A stretch of 22,442 bases of DNA from Scyliorhinus canicula (lineage: Eukaryota): assembly GCF_902713615.1 (NCBI RefSeq). It is one part of the record NW_024055453.1 of this genome. The stretch is one strand, 5' to 3'. Made by a program: the position numbers and the translations under genes. The notes below the pieces were generated by a model that was given only the letters and a program-made list of their open reading frames with translations, was not told the origin of the DNA and did not search any database. This document shows, one piece after another, positions 20,427-22,442 of the stretch (position 1 is the first letter of the stretch; every line of letters begins with the position of its first letter).

Positions 20427-20557
20427 GGGCTGGCTTAGCTCAGTGGGCTAGGCAGCTGGTTAGTGATGCAGAACAAGACCAGCAGCGCGGGTTCAATTCC
20501 CGTTCCATCTTATCTAAACAAGCGCCGGAATGTGGCGACTCGGGGCTTTTCACAGTA
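20427..20557 (+). mobile_element. Short tRNA-derived SINE
   Basis: A box TGGCTTAGCTCAGTGG, B box GGTTCAATTCC, tail ggcgact.ggggcttttcacagtaa. No cloverleaf or acceptor stem, so not a tRNA gene. Confidence 0.8.
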
Positions 20558-21339
20558 AAATTGTTATTAGTGTTGGCCACATGTCGATTAAAAACAATGA
20601 CCCTTCGTGGAGGGACATGAGATAGAACCAGTTATGAGAAAGACACAGAAAGAGATAGGATACAGGAAAATTCTACTAACCCACTTGACATGTCCTTATA
20701 TTTAGAGATTGGAGGGAATCTTTCCTAATTATGAACATGGGTAGCATAATGACATTTTTCTCATATAACCGATGAATAAAAAAATGTCGAAAAACAAACG
20801 CTACTGGAATCCGTTGATCTATTTGCAATTTTGCTCTATTTCTGTGCGGTGTTGGTGTGGAAACATTTGTTTTGCTTTTCTCAGTCCGCAATCTAATCTG
20901 GAACTTCTATTTATGAGTTTATTTACATAAAAACCTCACTGGTCACAATGAAATGTTCATTTCAGCAATACGAGATAAACACAGTCACTTATTGATTAGT
21001 TTCAACTCAAAATAGCGGTTTATTTTAAGAATGTTGACAGTTGGTTAAATGAATAGAAACTTCCATTAGAACAGATGTTACTTAATTGAAATAAAACATA
21101 CTTTAAATTAAGTATTCATTCTGAAATTTCTGATACCTCAATTAATAATGCATCTTTAACCAGCTACATTTCCACTGAATGTTAAATTGACTGAAATATT
21201 AACCGATTTAAAGTAAATAAATTGAAACATCAGGCCGAGGATTGATCTGTAGTCACATCAATCTCAGATCTTTCAACATATTACAACCTGCATTTTAAAA
21301 TGTTAACATTTGGAAAGAGCTTGATTTTGTAAAACACTT

Positions 21340-21555
21340 TACCCGACTTCAGGTCATCCCAACGCCCTTAAAACTCACTGATATATTTTTGCTGAATTTA
21401 GTCACTGCTCCAATGTTGGAAACAGAGCAGGGAATTTGTGCACAGCAAGCTCCCACAAATGGAGATGGGATAAGTGACCAGCTAATTTGTGATTTTAGAT
21501 GAAGAACGGACATTGGTCCAAGATGCTGGGAAAAGCAGCTCTGCTGTTTAGAATT
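21340..21555 (-). mobile_element. Ancient SINE remnant, probably Deu-domain (SacSINE1-like)
   Basis: aatttgtgcacagcaagctcccacaaa..ataagtgaccagctaat resembles the remembered reverse complement of the DeuSINE body and tail; not verified. Confidence 0.5.
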
Positions 21556-21559
21556 ATAT

Positions 21560-21680
21560 CAGTGAGGTAACCCCCCTGAAATGTGAATCTGTTCCTCTCT
21601 CTACTGATGCCCACTGACCTGCTGAGCAGCCTTTTTTGTTGCTTTTGTTTTAGATTTCCAGAACCTGCAGCACTTTGCAC
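21560..21680 (+). mobile_element. Decayed Penelope-like terminal fragment
   Basis: cctgaaatgtgaatctgttcctctctctactgatgcc..gacctgctgag..ttttagatttccag resembles a common shark repeat end; from memory. Confidence 0.45.
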
Positions 21681-21689
21681 AGTTTTGCA

Positions 21690-22050
21690 TTCATTCTCGC
21701 CATATAGCCATCATTAACTGTCCATCCTGAGAAGCGGGATGTGAACCACCTTTTTAATAAGGTGCACTTCGATCGATTTTATTGACATTTGACTTTCTGT
21801 AGCATGTTCCGTTGAACTGACTTGCTTGCTCGGCAATATCAGAGATAATCAACAGTCAACCACATCATTGCTGAACTAGAGTCACATATGGGCCAGACAG
21901 AATAAGGAAGGACGCTTTCTTCTCCTGAAGGACTTTGCTGAACCTGCTGGGCGTTGCGAAAGTTCGATAGCTTCATAAGTATTATAAATGACACGCTGAT
22001 TTTTTTTCTGATTGATTAAGTCATTCAATTGAAAGTATCTACAGCTGCCA
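21690..22050 (-). mobile_element. Decayed SINE sharing the 3' tail of the 2225-type LINE
   Basis: agtcaaccacat..gagtcacatatgggccagac..aagga..ttcttctcctgaaggac; heavily diverged. Confidence 0.45.
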
Positions 22051-22055
22051 TAAAA

Positions 22056-22442
22056 CCAGAAGATCTAGGAGCAGAAATTGGCCATTCGGCCCATGGAATC
22101 TGATCTGCCATTCAATGAGTTCGTGGCAAATCTGGTAAAATCCTCAACTCCACATCATCCCCATAACCCTTGATTCCCTTACTGATGAAGAATCTGTCTG
22201 TCTGAGCCTTGAATATATTTATTGACCAGGCCAACTCTCTATGGCAAAGAATTCTAGAGAATCACTACCCTCTGAGAGAAGAAATTCCTCCTCATCCTCG
22301 TCTGAAATGAGTGGCACCTTACACTGAGATTGTGCCCTATGGTCCTAGACCCTCCCAGAAGCCGAACAACCTTTAACATCTACACTGGCAAGTGCCCTGA
22401 TAAAACTATAAATCTCAGCAACTTCGCCTCTCATTCTTCTAA
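22056..22442 (-). mobile_element. CR1-type LINE 3' end; continues beyond the window
   Basis: taggagcagaaattggccattcggcccatgg tail followed by ccataacccttgattccc, ccctctgagagaagaaattcctcctcatc. Confidence 0.8.

Noticed and set aside
20427-20510. tRNA gene
   Set aside because: A and B boxes are present but there is no cloverleaf, and it continues into a SINE tail.

Overview
Eukaryotic, repeat-rich DNA from a cartilaginous fish. The SINE families look like those of catsharks (Scyliorhinus-type); this is pattern recognition, not a database result. The core is one apparently intact, unrearranged shark IgM-type heavy-chain minicluster on the minus strand. It comprises a promoter (about 10640-10765), leader exon (10511-10556), VH exon (10078-10382) with a 23-RSS, D1 (9629-9640; 12/22 RSSs), D2 (9241-9250; 12/12 RSSs) and JH (8804-8851) with a 23-RSS and GTAAG splice donor. 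No constant-region exon is recognisable in the 8.8 kb downstream of JH. That stretch holds a degenerate ~600-bp triplication, an orphan RSS-like element, LINE remnants, a short Penelope-like insert with a hammerhead-like core, and three kinds of tandem repeat. Upstream of VH (12.6-22.4 kb) is a patchwork of decayed LINEs, tRNA-derived SINEs and minisatellites. Almost all ORFs in the supplied track other than the VH ORF are repeat or LINE artefacts. Boundaries of the transposon remnants are approximate.
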